A stretch of 64,000 nucleotides of DNA from Candidatus Eiseniibacteriota bacterium (GTDB lineage Bacteria > Eisenbacteria > RBG-16-71-46), in the NCBI GenBank assembly GCA_963725865.1, contig CAVSAC010000019.1, positions 128,001 through 192,000 on the forward strand. The letters run 5' to 3'. The translations under genes were made by a program, and so were the position numbers. Under the pieces are notes generated by a model. It was not told the origin of the DNA, searched no databases, and saw nothing but the letters and a program-made list of their open reading frames with translations. Shown piece by piece: positions 54,583 through 64,000 of the stretch (position 1 is the first letter of the stretch; every line of letters starts with the position of its first letter).

Positions 54583-56421
54583 ATGTGCGGGATCGGCGGG
54601 GTGTACGCCCTGACCGAGCGGCCCCCGGATCCGGCGTGGGGACGACTGCTCGTCGACGCGCTCGCGCACCGCGGCCCCGACGATCGCGACGTGTTCGCCG
54701 ACGATCGCGTGGTGCTCGCCCACACCCGGCTCTCGATCATCGACACCAGCAGCGCGGGGCACCAGCCCATGCGCTCGGCCGACGGCCGATTCGCGCTCGT
54801 GCAGAATGGCGAGATCTACAACCACGCGGAGCTGGGCCGCGCGCTGGCCGCCGCGGGCGTGGCGCTGCGCACCCGCTCCGACACCGAGGTGCTGGTCGAG
54901 TTGCTCGCCCGCCGCGGGCCGGCCGCGCTCGACGACCTGCGCGGCATGTTCGCGTTCGCGCTCTACGACGCCGCGAGCGGCGACCTGTTGCTGGCGCGTG
55001 ACCGGCTCGGCAAGAAGCCGCTGCTGTGGGTGCGCACGCCCGAGTACCTGGCGTTCGCCTCGGAGGCGCGCGCGCTGCTGCGCCTGCCGTTCGTGAGGGC
55101 GCGGCTCGATCACGAGCGCCTGCGGGACTACGTGCGGTTCCTCTACGTGCCGGCGCCCGACACGCTGATCGCGGGGCTGCACAAGCTGGCGGCCGGGCAT
55201 CGGCTGCTCGTCCGCGGCGCCGCGCGCGACACCCCGCCGGCACCCGAGCGCTGGTGGCGGCTGCCGCCGCCCGACCCGGAGCAGCGCGCCGACGCGGCGT
55301 GGTTCGAGCGCCTCGACGCGGAGCTGCTCGAGTCCACGCGCTACCGCACCGTGAGCGACGTGCCGATCGGCGTGTTCCTGAGCGGCGGCGTGGACTCCAC
55401 CACCGTGCTCGAGCGGCTGCACGCGATCGGGCACGCGCCGATCCGCACGTTCACGGTCGGCTTCGCGGGGTTGCCCGACGAGCGCGCGATCGCACGAGCG
55501 TCCGCGGAGTGCTTCGGCGCCGAGCACGTCGAGATCGAGCTGAAGCCCGACCTCGAGCACGAGCTCGACGGCCTGCTCGAGCACTTCGGCGAGCCGCTCG
55601 GCGACAGCGCGCTGGTGACCACCGCGCTGATCGCGCGCGAGGCCGCGCGCCACGTGAAGGTGATCCTCAACGGCGACGGCGGCGACGAGCTGTTCGGCGG
55701 CTACCCGCGCTATCGCTTCGCGGCCCGCGCCGACCTCGCCGCCCAGCTGCCGGGCGGGCTGGCGGCGCTCCGCGCGCTCGCCGGGCGCGCGCCACACGGA
55801 GCGCGGGTGCTGGAGCGCTTCGCGCACGACGGTCCGCACGCGGCCGCGCGCGAGCTGGGGGCGATCGCCTCCCCCGCGCAGCTCGACGCGCTGCTGGGCC
55901 CGCCGCCGCCGCCGGGGGCGCCGTCGGCGGCGTACGCGCACGGGCTGACCGGCGCGATGTTCGAGTGGGACACCGGCGTCTACCTGCCCGACGACCTGCT
56001 GGTGAAGGTCGACGTGGCCTCGATGCGCTACGCGCTCGAGAACCGCTCGCCGCTGCTCGACCACCGCCTGTTCGAGCACCTCGCGCGGCTGGTCCCCGCG
56101 CGCCGTGCGTCGCTCGTCGCCACCAAGCCGCTGCTCCGCCGCCTCGTGCGGGGCCGGCTGCCGGCCGCGCCGCTGGCGGTGCGCAAGCAGGGCTTCCAGC
56201 TGCCGCTCGCCGACTGGCTGCGCGGACGGCTGCGCCCGTGGCTCGAGGCCCTGCTGCTCGATCCACAGGCGAGTGGCGCGTGGTTCCGGCCGGGCGCGCT
56301 GCGCGCCGAGGTCGAGCGCTTCACCAGCGGCGCGGGCGACGACCTGGCGGCCTACCGGCTGTTCGGACTGGCGGCGCTCGAGCGCTGGGCGCGCGCCTAC
56401 CACGTGCAGGGGGACGCATGA
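54583..56421 (+). CDS. asnB: Asparagine synthase-like glutamine amidotransferase (probably glycan amidation)
   Basis: MCGIGG, HRGPD, RLSIID, NGEIYN, RDRLGKKPL, LSGGVDS, GDGGDELFGGY, KVDVASM, ENRSPLLD. Confidence 0.92.
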   Translation: MCGIGGVYALTERPPDPAWGRLLVDALAHRGPDDRDVFADDRVVLAHTRLSIIDTSSAGHQPMRSADGRFALVQNGEIYNHAELGRALAAAGVALRTRSDTEVLVELLARRGPAALDDLRGMFAFALYDAASGDLLLARDRLGKKPLLWVRTPEYLAFASEARALLRLPFVRARLDHERLRDYVRFLYVPAPDTLIAGLHKLAAGHRLLVRGAARDTPPAPERWWRLPPPDPEQRADAAWFERLDAELLESTRYRTVSDVPIGVFLSGGVDSTTVLERLHAIGHAPIRTFTVGFAGLPDERAIARASAECFGAEHVEIELKPDLEHELDGLLEHFGEPLGDSALVTTALIAREAARHVKVILNGDGGDELFGGYPRYRFAARADLAAQLPGGLAALRALAGRAPHGARVLERFAHDGPHAAARELGAIASPAQLDALLGPPPPPGAPSAAYAHGLTGAMFEWDTGVYLPDDLLVKVDVASMRYALENRSPLLDHRLFEHLARLVPARRASLVATKPLLRRLVRGRLPAAPLAVRKQGFQLPLADWLRGRLRPWLEALLLDPQASGAWFRPGALRAEVERFTSGAGDDLAAYRLFGLAALERWARAYHVQGDA

Positions 56422-57437
56422 GTCCCGCCGCGCCGCGGGTCTCGGTGCTGCTCGCCAGCCGCGACGGCGCCCGGCACCTGCCGGGGGCGCTGGCGAGCAT
56501 CGCGCGCCAGACCTGGAGCGACGTGGAGCTGGTCGCGGTCGACGACGGCTCCACCGACGCCACCGCCGAGCTGTTCTCGCGCTACGCCAGCGCCCACCGG
56601 AGCACGCGCGTGCTGCACACCGCCGGCGAGGGCCTGGCCGCCGCGCTCGCGCGCGCCGCCGAGGCCGCGACAGGCGAGCTGCTCGCGCGCCACGACGACG
56701 ACGACGTCTCGCACCCCGAGCGGCTGGCGCGCCAGGTCGCGTACCTGCAGGCGCACCCCGCGGTCGCGCTGGTCGGCACCACGGCCGAGGTGATCGACGA
56801 CGCGGACCGGCGCCTGGGGGACTACCCGGTGCCGACCGAGCCGGCGGAGATCCGCCGGCAGCTCGCGCGCGCCACCCCGTTCGTGCACGGGTCGGTCGTG
56901 ATGCGGCGCGCGGCATACCAGAGCGCCGGCGGCTATCGGCGCGCGTTCGCGGCCTCGCAGGACTACGACCTGTGGCTGCGATTCCCGGCGGACGCGGGAC
57001 TCGCGAACCTGCCCGAGCCGCTCTACGTCTGGCGCCACCACCCGCGCGGCGTGTTCGCGCGCGCGCGTGACCAGCAGCTGTTCTTCGCCGCGCTCGCGCG
57101 GGTGTTCGCCGAGGAGCGGCACGAGACCGGCGCCGACGGCTACGCCGCGCTCGAAGCGGCCCCGACGATCGCGGCGTTCCGCGCCGCCTATCCGCGCGCC
57201 GGGCGGCTCGCGCTGCGCCTCGGCGAGGCGTACGCGCGCGAAGGCCGGGTCGCGGACGCCCGGCGCGAGCTGAGTCCCGCGCTCCGCGATCCGCGCTCGC
57301 GGGCGGAGGCGCTCGGCTGGTGGGCGCTGACGTTCGCGGTGGCGCTGACGCCGCGCGCGGCGCGCGCGCGGGCCGCCGCGCGGGCGCGCGCGGCGACGGA
57401 GCCGGGCGGGCCGGCGGCGAAGGGCGGCGCGCGATGA
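56418..57437 (+). CDS. GT2 glycosyltransferase
   Basis: VSVLL, VDDGSTD, ARHDDDD, QDYDLWLR; ATGA overlap. Confidence 0.88.
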   Translation: MSPAAPRVSVLLASRDGARHLPGALASIARQTWSDVELVAVDDGSTDATAELFSRYASAHRSTRVLHTAGEGLAAALARAAEAATGELLARHDDDDVSHPERLARQVAYLQAHPAVALVGTTAEVIDDADRRLGDYPVPTEPAEIRRQLARATPFVHGSVVMRRAAYQSAGGYRRAFAASQDYDLWLRFPADAGLANLPEPLYVWRHHPRGVFARARDQQLFFAALARVFAEERHETGADGYAALEAAPTIAAFRAAYPRAGRLALRLGEAYAREGRVADARRELSPALRDPRSRAEALGWWALTFAVALTPRAARARAAARARAATEPGGPAAKGGAR

Positions 57438-58453
57438 GGATCCTGCTCCATGGCGGCGTCGACATCGCGCTGCCGGGCGGGCTCGAGACCCACCTGCGCG
57501 AGCTGGCGCGCGGATTGATGGCGCGCGGCCACGCGGTCGAGATCCTGGGCCGCCCGGCGACGCTGCCGCCGTTCACGATGGTCGAGCGCCTCGAGCCGTC
57601 GCGCTACGACATCCTGCACCACCACGCCGGCCGCTGGCCGCGCGCGCTCGATCGGCATCCCGGGCTGGTGCGGACGTTCCACTACTCGACCGCCGCGAAG
57701 ATGCGCGTCTACGTCCGCCTCGGCCGCCTGCGCACGCTCGCGAACCTGCCCAACTGGCGCGCGATCGCCGAGGAACGCGCGAGCGCGCGGCGCGGCGGAC
57801 CGCTGATCGCGGTCTCGCGCCGACTGCGCGACGAGCTGGTGGAGGGCTATGGGCTGGCCGCCGAGCGCGTACGCGTGATCCCGAACGGGGTGGCGTTCGC
57901 CGCGCCGGCCACCGGGCGCGCGGGGTGGCGGACACGGTGGAGCATTCCGGCGGCCGCGCCGGTGCTGCTCACCATCGGCCGCGCCGACTTCGTGAAGGGT
58001 TTCGATCTGCTCGAGCGCGCCTGGGCGCGCGCACGCAAGCCCGCGGGCGCGCTGTGGGTCACCGTCGGCGGCGCGGCGCCAGCGCGCGCACCCGGCCGCA
58101 TCGTCACCGGGCCGGTGCCCCCGGACGAGATCGTGGAATGGGTGCACGCCGCCGACGTGGGCGCGCTTCCCTCCTACTACGAGGGCGGCGGGATCGCGCT
58201 GCTCGAGATGCTGGCGGGCGGCCTGTACTCGCTCACGCACGACGTCGGGTGCGCGAGCGAGGTGATCCGCCCGCGGGCGAACGGCGAACTCGTGTCGCGC
58301 GACGAGCGTGCCTGGATCGAAGCGCTCGCGCGCACCCTCGCCGAACCTCGCGTGGCGAGGGCCCCGGCGCTGCCGCCGGAGTACCACTGGGACGCGATCG
58401 CGGCGCGCGTGGAGGACGTGTACCGGGAGGCGCTCGGCGGCTCGCGAGGCTGA
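57434..58453 (+). CDS. GT4 glycosyltransferase
   Basis: GGLETH, IAVS, VIPNGV, IGR..KG, PSYYEGGGIALLE; ATGA overlap. Confidence 0.85.
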   Translation: MRILLHGGVDIALPGGLETHLRELARGLMARGHAVEILGRPATLPPFTMVERLEPSRYDILHHHAGRWPRALDRHPGLVRTFHYSTAAKMRVYVRLGRLRTLANLPNWRAIAEERASARRGGPLIAVSRRLRDELVEGYGLAAERVRVIPNGVAFAAPATGRAGWRTRWSIPAAAPVLLTIGRADFVKGFDLLERAWARARKPAGALWVTVGGAAPARAPGRIVTGPVPPDEIVEWVHAADVGALPSYYEGGGIALLEMLAGGLYSLTHDVGCASEVIRPRANGELVSRDERAWIEALARTLAEPRVARAPALPPEYHWDAIAARVEDVYREALGGSRG

Positions 58454-58494
58454 GCGGGCGCTGGCCGGAGATGAGCGAGCGCCGGCCAGCGTGC

Positions 58495-59649
58495 CTAGCG
58501 ACTTCGCTTCCAGGCTTCGTGGGCGCGGTCGAAGGCGTCTCGGAAGTGCGCGTCGAAGCACTCGGCGGCGAACGGCTCGGCCAGCGCACGCAGCTCGGCG
58601 GGGTCGAAGCGCTCGCGCTCGAACGCCTCGATCGCCGCGGCCACGCCGGCTTCACTCTGGGTGCCGAAGAGCACGCCCCCCGGCACGCGGGCGACACCGC
58701 CCGCCGCCACGGTCGCGAGCGCCTGCGCCGAGGCGCCGCGTCCGACCGTCTCGAGCGCACCGCCGCGCCCGTAGGCGATCACCGGCGTGCCGCAGGCGAG
58801 TGCTTCGAGCGGCATCATCCCGAAGTCCTCCTCGCCCGGGAACAGCAGCGCGCGCGCGCCGGCGTACACCGCGGCCATCGCGGCCTCGTCCACCCAGCCG
58901 AGGAAGCGCGTGCCGGCGGGTGCCACGCGCCGCAGCAGCGCCTCCTCCTGCCCGGAGCCGGACACCGTCACCGGCCGCCCCAGGCTCGCGCACGCCGCGA
59001 GCGCCAGGTCGGCGCGCTTGTAGGGCGCGAACGCGCCCGCGAGCAGATAGCCCTCGCGTGCGCCGGTGGCGAGCGGAAAGCGGTGCATGTCGATCGGCGG
59101 GTGCACGACCTCGGCGTCGCGCCCCCAGTGGCGGCGGATGCGCGCGGCGACGTGCTGCGAGTTCGCGAGCAGCGCGTGCGGCCGGTCGCTGGTGGCGCGA
59201 TCCCACACCCGCAGGCGGGCGCAGGTGGCGCGCACCGCCCACGACAGCGGCCACGGAAAGCGGCCGGGCGGAAAGTAGGCGTCCTCCAGATCCCACACAT
59301 AGCGCATCGGGGTGTGGATGTAGCTCAGGTGGAACGCCGCGGCCGGCGCGCGCGCGCCCTTGGCGGCGGCGTGGCTCGAGGAGATCACCACCTCGGCACC
59401 CGCGAGGTCGAGCGATTCGATCGCGGCCGGGTAGAGCGGCAGGAACCAGCGGTAGCGCCGTTCGGCGTCGGGCAGGTGCTGGAGGAACGAGGTGCGGATC
59501 GGGTGCGCCTCGAGGGCCGCGGACACCGCGCCGCGCCGCCACACCAGCGTGTGGATCGGCGCCCCCGGATGCAGCGCCGCGATGCGCTCGAGCACCCGCT
59601 CGCCGCCGCGCATGCCGGTGAGCCAGTCGTGCACCAGCGCCACGTTCAC
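58495..59649 (-). CDS. GT4 glycosyltransferase
   Basis: VALVHDWLTGMRGGERVL, HTPMRY.WD, ANS, YKR.D, EEDFGMMPLEALACGTPVIA; GTGA overlap. Confidence 0.9.
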   Translation of the reverse strand: MNVALVHDWLTGMRGGERVLERIAALHPGAPIHTLVWRRGAVSAALEAHPIRTSFLQHLPDAERRYRWFLPLYPAAIESLDLAGAEVVISSSHAAAKGARAPAAAFHLSYIHTPMRYVWDLEDAYFPPGRFPWPLSWAVRATCARLRVWDRATSDRPHALLANSQHVAARIRRHWGRDAEVVHPPIDMHRFPLATGAREGYLLAGAFAPYKRADLALAACASLGRPVTVSGSGQEEALLRRVAPAGTRFLGWVDEAAMAAVYAGARALLFPGEEDFGMMPLEALACGTPVIAYGRGGALETVGRGASAQALATVAAGGVARVPGGVLFGTQSEAGVAAAIEAFERERFDPAELRALAEPFAAECFDAHFRDAFDRAHEAWKRSR

Positions 59650-60830
59650 GGCACGTCCCAGTCCTTCGCCGCCCACGCGATGCCGACCAGCGTGAACAGC
59701 GGGTAGAGCAGCTCCTCGTCGCCGAAGTTCCACTCGAACAGCCCGGCGGCGAGGAATCCGGCCAGCGCCGCGGTCACGCCGAGCTGCACGCCCGCGCCGA
59801 GCCCGCCCCCGCGCAGCCCGGCCCGCAGCCCGCGCGCGGCGGTCCGCATCAGCGCGGTGTAGAGCCACGTGAACGCCGCCAGCCCCACGATGCCCATGGT
59901 GGCGGCGATCTGGACGAACACGTTGTGCAGGTGACCGGCGCGCTCGGTCGAGAGCGGCGAGCGGTAGCGGTCGTACGCCGCGTGCAGGTCCTGCAGCCCG
60001 AGGCCGGTCAGTGGATGGTCGAGGAACATGCGCCAGCCCGCCTGCCACATGAACACCCGCTGGGAGTTCGCGGCGTTCGCGGGATCGAACACGCCGGTGA
60101 GCCGCGCGTGCCACGGGCCGGGCGCGAACAGCACCGCCAGCACCACCACGGTCGGCAGCGCGATCAGCCAGCGCGCCCGCGTGAGCGCGACCATGACCGC
60201 GAGCGCCACCACCAGGCCGATCCAGGCGCTGCGCGTGAACGTGGCCCCGAGCGCCGCCAGCAGGACCGCGCTCACGGCCAGCGCGGCGAGCCGCCAGCGC
60301 CGGTCGCGGGTGCCGAGCACGATGCCGGCGGCCACCGCCAGCTCGAGCATCAGCTGGCCGCCGAACGTCATGTAGTGGCCCGCGAGACCGCGCGCGCGCG
60401 CGGCCATGCCGCCGCCGTGCGCCACCCACACGCCGGTGCCGAACACCGCGACCGCCGCGCTGACGGCGAGCAGCACCGCGACCGCCCGCGCGCCGCGCGC
60501 GCGCGTCGCGGCGTGGAACGCGGCGACGCCGACCAGCGCGGGCATCAGGCCCTTGCGGATGCGCACCAGGCTGGCGGCGCGGTCCTCGGCGCACAGCGCG
60601 ACCACCACGAGTGCCGCGAGCCAGCCGAGCGCGGCCCAGTCCACCGCCGTGTGCACCCAGCCGCCGCGCCGGGCGGCCCACACCGCCAGCGTGAGCGCGG
60701 CGCACAGCGCGGTGGCGATGCCCATCGGCGCGATCGCGGTGGGCAGCGTCGCGACCAGCAGCAGGAACGCCAGCGCCGCCGCGCCCTCGAGCGCCGCGGG
60801 CGCTGGGCGGCGCGCGGCGGAAACGCTCAC
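59646..60830 (-). CDS. O-antigen ligase / Wzy_C family membrane protein
   Basis: Multiple TMs, TFTRSAW, R..MW..GW.MF.DHPLTGLG, HLHNVFVQ, GIVG; GTGA overlap with trmD stop. Confidence 0.85.
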   Translation of the reverse strand: MSVSAARRPAPAALEGAAALAFLLLVATLPTAIAPMGIATALCAALTLAVWAARRGGWVHTAVDWAALGWLAALVVVALCAEDRAASLVRIRKGLMPALVGVAAFHAATRARGARAVAVLLAVSAAVAVFGTGVWVAHGGGMAARARGLAGHYMTFGGQLMLELAVAAGIVLGTRDRRWRLAALAVSAVLLAALGATFTRSAWIGLVVALAVMVALTRARWLIALPTVVVLAVLFAPGPWHARLTGVFDPANAANSQRVFMWQAGWRMFLDHPLTGLGLQDLHAAYDRYRSPLSTERAGHLHNVFVQIAATMGIVGLAAFTWLYTALMRTAARGLRAGLRGGGLGAGVQLGVTAALAGFLAAGLFEWNFGDEELLYPLFTLVGIAWAAKDWDVP

Positions 60831-61621
60831 TCCGGCCTCGCGGACGGCCCGCCCGGCGGCCGTACCGCGGGCGTCCGGCGCTCGCGCTCGAGCGTGCGCA
60901 GGTAACGCCGGTCCGCATCGGACAGCTCGGCGTGCTCGAGCAGGTCGGGGCGCCGTTCGAACGTGCGGCGCAGCGACTCCTCGCGGCGCGCGCGCGCGAT
61001 GTTGGCGTGGTGCCCCGACAGCAGCAGCTCCGGCACCGTCCATCCGCGGTATTCGGCCGGCCGGGTGTAGAAGCCGTGGTCGAGCAGGCCGGAATGGAAC
61101 GAGTCGCTCTCCACCGAGTCGAACGTCCCCACCACGTCGGGGAGCAGGCGCGCGACCGCGTCCACCACGCACAGCGCGGCGGGCTCGCCGCCCGAGAGGA
61201 CGAAGTCGCCGACCGACAGCTCCTCGTCGACCAGGTGCTCGGCGACGCGCTCGTCGACGCCCTTGTAGCGCCCGCACACCAGCACGAGGTGCTCGAGCGC
61301 GGCGTACTCGAGCGCCAGCTCCTGCGCGAAGCGGCGCCCCTGCGGCGACAGCAGCACGGTGCGCGTGCCGGGCGGGCGCGCGCCCTTCTCGCCCGCGCCC
61401 ACGTGCGCCAGCGCGCGGTCGATCGGCTCCACCTTCATGATCATCCCGACCCCGCCGCCGAACGGATAGTCGTCGGTGGTCCGGTGCGCGTCGGAGGTGA
61501 AGTCGCGCAGCATGACGACGTCCACGACGAGCCGCTCCTTCTCGCGGGCGGAGCGGATCATCCCCTCGGCGAGCGCCGGCGGGAAGAAGTCGGGGAAGAT
61601 CGTGAGGATCGAGATGCGCAT
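60827..61621 (-). CDS. trmD: tRNA (guanine37-N1)-methyltransferase
   Basis: ILTIFP, DDYPFGGGVGM, LSPQG, CGRYKGVDER, SVGDFVLSGGE, YTRP, LLSGHH. Confidence 0.95.
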   Translation of the reverse strand: MRISILTIFPDFFPPALAEGMIRSAREKERLVVDVVMLRDFTSDAHRTTDDYPFGGGVGMIMKVEPIDRALAHVGAGEKGARPPGTRTVLLSPQGRRFAQELALEYAALEHLVLVCGRYKGVDERVAEHLVDEELSVGDFVLSGGEPAALCVVDAVARLLPDVVGTFDSVESDSFHSGLLDHGFYTRPAEYRGWTVPELLLSGHHANIARARREESLRRTFERRPDLLEHAELSDADRRYLRTLERERRTPAVRPPGGPSARPE

Positions 61622-61629
61622 GCGCGCTC

Positions 61630-62133
61630 CTACAGCTTGTCGAGGCCGGCGGGCAGCGCCACCGTGATCACGCCGCCGGCGAGATCGACGCGCTTCACGA
61701 CCTCCGGCGTCGCGGGGATCAGCCACTCGCGCTCGCCCCGCACGACGTAGATCGGATTGGCGGCCGCGGTCATCAGCTCGACCAGCGTGCCGAGCGGTTG
61801 GCCGTCGGTGGTCTCGACGCGCAGGCCCACCAGCTGGAACGCGTACGCCACGCCGGGCCCGGGGTCGGGCAGGACCGCCTCGTCCGCCCACAGCTGGCCG
61901 TTGGTGAGCTCGGAGGCGGCCTCGCGCCGGTCGACGCCCTCGAAGCGCACCAGCAGGCGCTTCACCTGCGGGCGCGCGGTGAACAGGGTGAGCTCGCGCT
62001 GCTCGGCGCCGCGGCGCCAGGTGAAGCGTTTGATCTCGTGCAGCTCGAGCGGGGTCAGGTCGACGCCGTCGAGCCCCACCTCACCGTGCAGCCCGTGCGG
62101 GCGGCCGATGCGACCGATGCGGACGAGCGCCAG
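61630..62133 (-). CDS. rimM: 16S rRNA processing protein RimM (probable CTG start)
   Basis: LVRIGRIGRPHGLHGEV, FEGVDRREAA, LVGL.V, LIP, VDL, LPAGL; located between khpA and trmD. Confidence 0.88.
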   Translation of the reverse strand: MALVRIGRIGRPHGLHGEVGLDGVDLTPLELHEIKRFTWRRGAEQRELTLFTARPQVKRLLVRFEGVDRREAASELTNGQLWADEAVLPDPGPGVAYAFQLVGLRVETTDGQPLGTLVELMTAAANPIYVVRGEREWLIPATPEVVKRVDLAGGVITVALPAGLDKL

Positions 62134-62152
62134 GGTGCGATGCTCCCCGCGC

Positions 62153-62461
62153 TCAGTCCGCGATCTCGAGCGCCGCGGCGCGATGCACCCGCGCCGCCGC
62201 CGCGCCGAGCGCCAGGCGCAGCGAGCGCGCGGTGCGCCCCTGCTTGCCGATGACGTGACCGAGATCGTCGGGGTGGACGGCCAGCTCGAACACGGCGTCG
62301 TCACCGGCCTCCACGATCTCGACCCGCACGTCGTCGGGCTGGTCCACCAGCCCCCGCGCCATGAACACGATCAGATCGCGCATCGCGAAGTCATGGTCGT
62401 CGGGCTCGCGCGGCTCGCGCGATTCGCGCGGCGCGCGGGGCGCCGGGGACTCGTGGGACAT
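62153..62461 (-). CDS. khpA: KH-domain RNA-binding protein KhpA
   Basis: LVDQPDDV, L.VHPDDLGHVIGKQGRTARSLR; alternative start MRDLIVF at 62383. Confidence 0.88.
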   Translation of the reverse strand: MSHESPAPRAPRESREPREPDDHDFAMRDLIVFMARGLVDQPDDVRVEIVEAGDDAVFELAVHPDDLGHVIGKQGRTARSLRLALGAAAARVHRAAALEIAD

Positions 62462-62463
62462 CC

Positions 62464-63486
62464 CTACGGGAGTCCCGGCTCCCGGGCCCGGGACGGCACG
62501 GACGATAGTCTCAGCCCCAGCCAGACGAGCAGGATCGTCCACAGGCCCCACAACAGGAGCGCCGGGGTTGGCCGGTTGACCAGGAGAATAGCGACTCCGC
62601 TTGCGCAGAGCGCGGCCCCACTGACCCACAGGAGCAGGACGGTTCGGATCGGACATTTCAGGACTCTCGCGATGCGGTGGTTGCTGTGGTCCTTGCCGCC
62701 TTCGTACACCTTGCGCCCTTCGCGCACGCGGTTGACCACGACGAAAATCAGGTCGAATGCCGGGTAGGCCAGCACGAGTGGCGGCCCGAGCCTGCCCCAG
62801 CCCGCCGGTGCCGCCCCGAGGGCCAGCACCGCGGAAGCGCCGAGACTATACCCCAGGAACAGGCTTCCTGCGTCACCCAGGAAGATGCGCGCCTTCGGGA
62901 AGTTCCAGGGCAGGAACCCCGCGCAAGCGCCGGCCAGCGCGAACTGCGCCGTCGCGATGCCGAGCGCGCCGCGCGCGGCGGACGTCCAGGCGAAGCCGGC
63001 CAGCGCGATGGCGGCGAGTCCGCCGACCATGCCGTTCATGTTGTCGAGGAAGTTGACCGCGTTCATGAGCGCCGCCATCGCCAGCAGCAGCAGCAGCGCG
63101 GTGAGCGGAGCCGGCAGGCCGAGATCCGGCATCGCGCCCGAGCCCAGCAACAAACCGCCGGCGAGCAGCTGGCCAAGCAGCTTGACCGATGGACGCATGC
63201 CGAAACGATCGTCGACGAGGCCGAGCACCAGCGCGACCAGCGCCCCGCACAGCACCAGCAGGCCTTGCCGGTCGAACGGCACGCGCAGGGCACGCACCAT
63301 GACCCACCAGGCCGCCAGCGCCGAGATGGACACCGCGACGCCGCCGAGCAGTGCGGTGGCGGAGGTGTGGAGCTTGCGGGCCTCGGGATGGTCGAGGTAG
63401 TCGGTCGCCCACGCGAGCCGCTGTGCGGCGGGAGTGAGGACGAGCGCGAAGACGAGCCCGAGCGGAAGGCCGACTGCGGGCGACAT
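62464..63486 (-). CDS. WecA/TagO/MraY-family polyprenyl-phosphate sugar-1-phosphate transferase
   Basis: RKLH..LLGG, GLVDD, NAVNFLDNMNG, WNFPKARIFLGDAGS, DHSNHR. Confidence 0.88.
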   Translation of the reverse strand: MSPAVGLPLGLVFALVLTPAAQRLAWATDYLDHPEARKLHTSATALLGGVAVSISALAAWWVMVRALRVPFDRQGLLVLCGALVALVLGLVDDRFGMRPSVKLLGQLLAGGLLLGSGAMPDLGLPAPLTALLLLLAMAALMNAVNFLDNMNGMVGGLAAIALAGFAWTSAARGALGIATAQFALAGACAGFLPWNFPKARIFLGDAGSLFLGYSLGASAVLALGAAPAGWGRLGPPLVLAYPAFDLIFVVVNRVREGRKVYEGGKDHSNHRIARVLKCPIRTVLLLWVSGAALCASGVAILLVNRPTPALLLWGLWTILLVWLGLRLSSVPSRAREPGLP

Positions 63487-63519
63487 GTCGGGTGGAGGTC
63501 GGGGTGGGTGAGCGCCGCG

Positions 63520-63999
63520 TCAGACGGCGGCGGCCCCCGCCGGTGTGGGCACTCCCATCTGCTCGCACATGTCGCGCACCGTCAACTCGAGGAGCTGATC
63601 GAGAGTCACCTTGGGACGGTAGCCGGTGAAGGAGTGGATCTTCTTCAGCGACGGCACCCGCCGCATCATGTCCTCGAACGAGCTTCCGTAGACCTTCTCG
63701 TACGGCACGAACTCGATCGACGAGCGGCTGTGGCACAGGCGCTGGATGCGCTGGGCCAGCTCGAGCACGGTCACCTCTTCGTCGGTGCCGACGTTGAAGA
63801 TCTCGCCCTCGGCCTGCTTGGCGTCCATCAGCGCGATCACGCCGCTCACGACATCAGCGACCGAGGAGAAGCAGCGCGACTGGGCACCGTCGCCGAACAC
63901 GAGGATGGGCTCGTGCCGCAGCGCGCGCGAGATCATGTTGGGGATGACCATGCCGTATGCCGCGCTCTGGCGCGGCCCGCAGGTGTTGAAGCAGCGCAC
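63520..63999 (-). CDS. NAD-dependent nucleotide-sugar epimerase/dehydratase (5' part outside window)
   Basis: RCFNTCGPRQ..YGMVIP, VFGDGAQSRCF..V.D, FNVG, EDM.RRVP. Confidence 0.85.
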   Translation of the reverse strand: MRCFNTCGPRQSAAYGMVIPNMISRALRHEPILVFGDGAQSRCFSSVADVVSGVIALMDAKQAEGEIFNVGTDEEVTVLELAQRIQRLCHSRSSIEFVPYEKVYGSSFEDMMRRVPSLKKIHSFTGYRPKVTLDQLLELTVRDMCEQMGVPTPAGAAAV

Positions 64000-64000
64000 G

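Overview
A very GC-rich bacterial window, densely coding (about 55 CDS). I found no rRNA, tRNA, CRISPR array, integrase or transposase. The secreted-protein tails (T9SS-CTD/FlgD-like, plus a terminal WGxxKxxYR tag) suggest an uncultured FCB-group lineage such as Ca. Eisenbacteria; this is inference. Layout: (1) 1-22 kb, acyl-CoA and B12 metabolism: biotin carboxylase, biotin carrier protein, two B12 mutase large subunits (one with methylmalonyl-CoA residues, one with isobutyryl-CoA residues), one B12-binding subunit with a histone-like tail, epimerase, three acyl-CoA dehydrogenases, Hbd, thiolase, FIST sensor and DUF362. (2) 22-43.7 kb, secreted and signalling genes around meaB: two paralogous repeat proteins, an ECF sigma / Ser-Thr kinase / exported TPR-CHAT protease cassette, an adaptor-fibre-M4 protease operon, two large beta-propeller proteins and an M23 peptidase. 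(3) 43.7-64 kb, the khpA-rimM-trmD-rplS-rnhB-yraN cluster interrupted by surface-glycan genes. Several single-base indels (about 24.95 kb and 46.2-50.1 kb) look like sequencing errors; one creates an apparent L19-RNase HII fusion. The best candidates for undescribed systems are the ECF/kinase/exported-CHAT module with a shared RxVGG motif, the WGxxKxxYR C-terminal tag, and the adaptor plus self-cleaving fibre pair.
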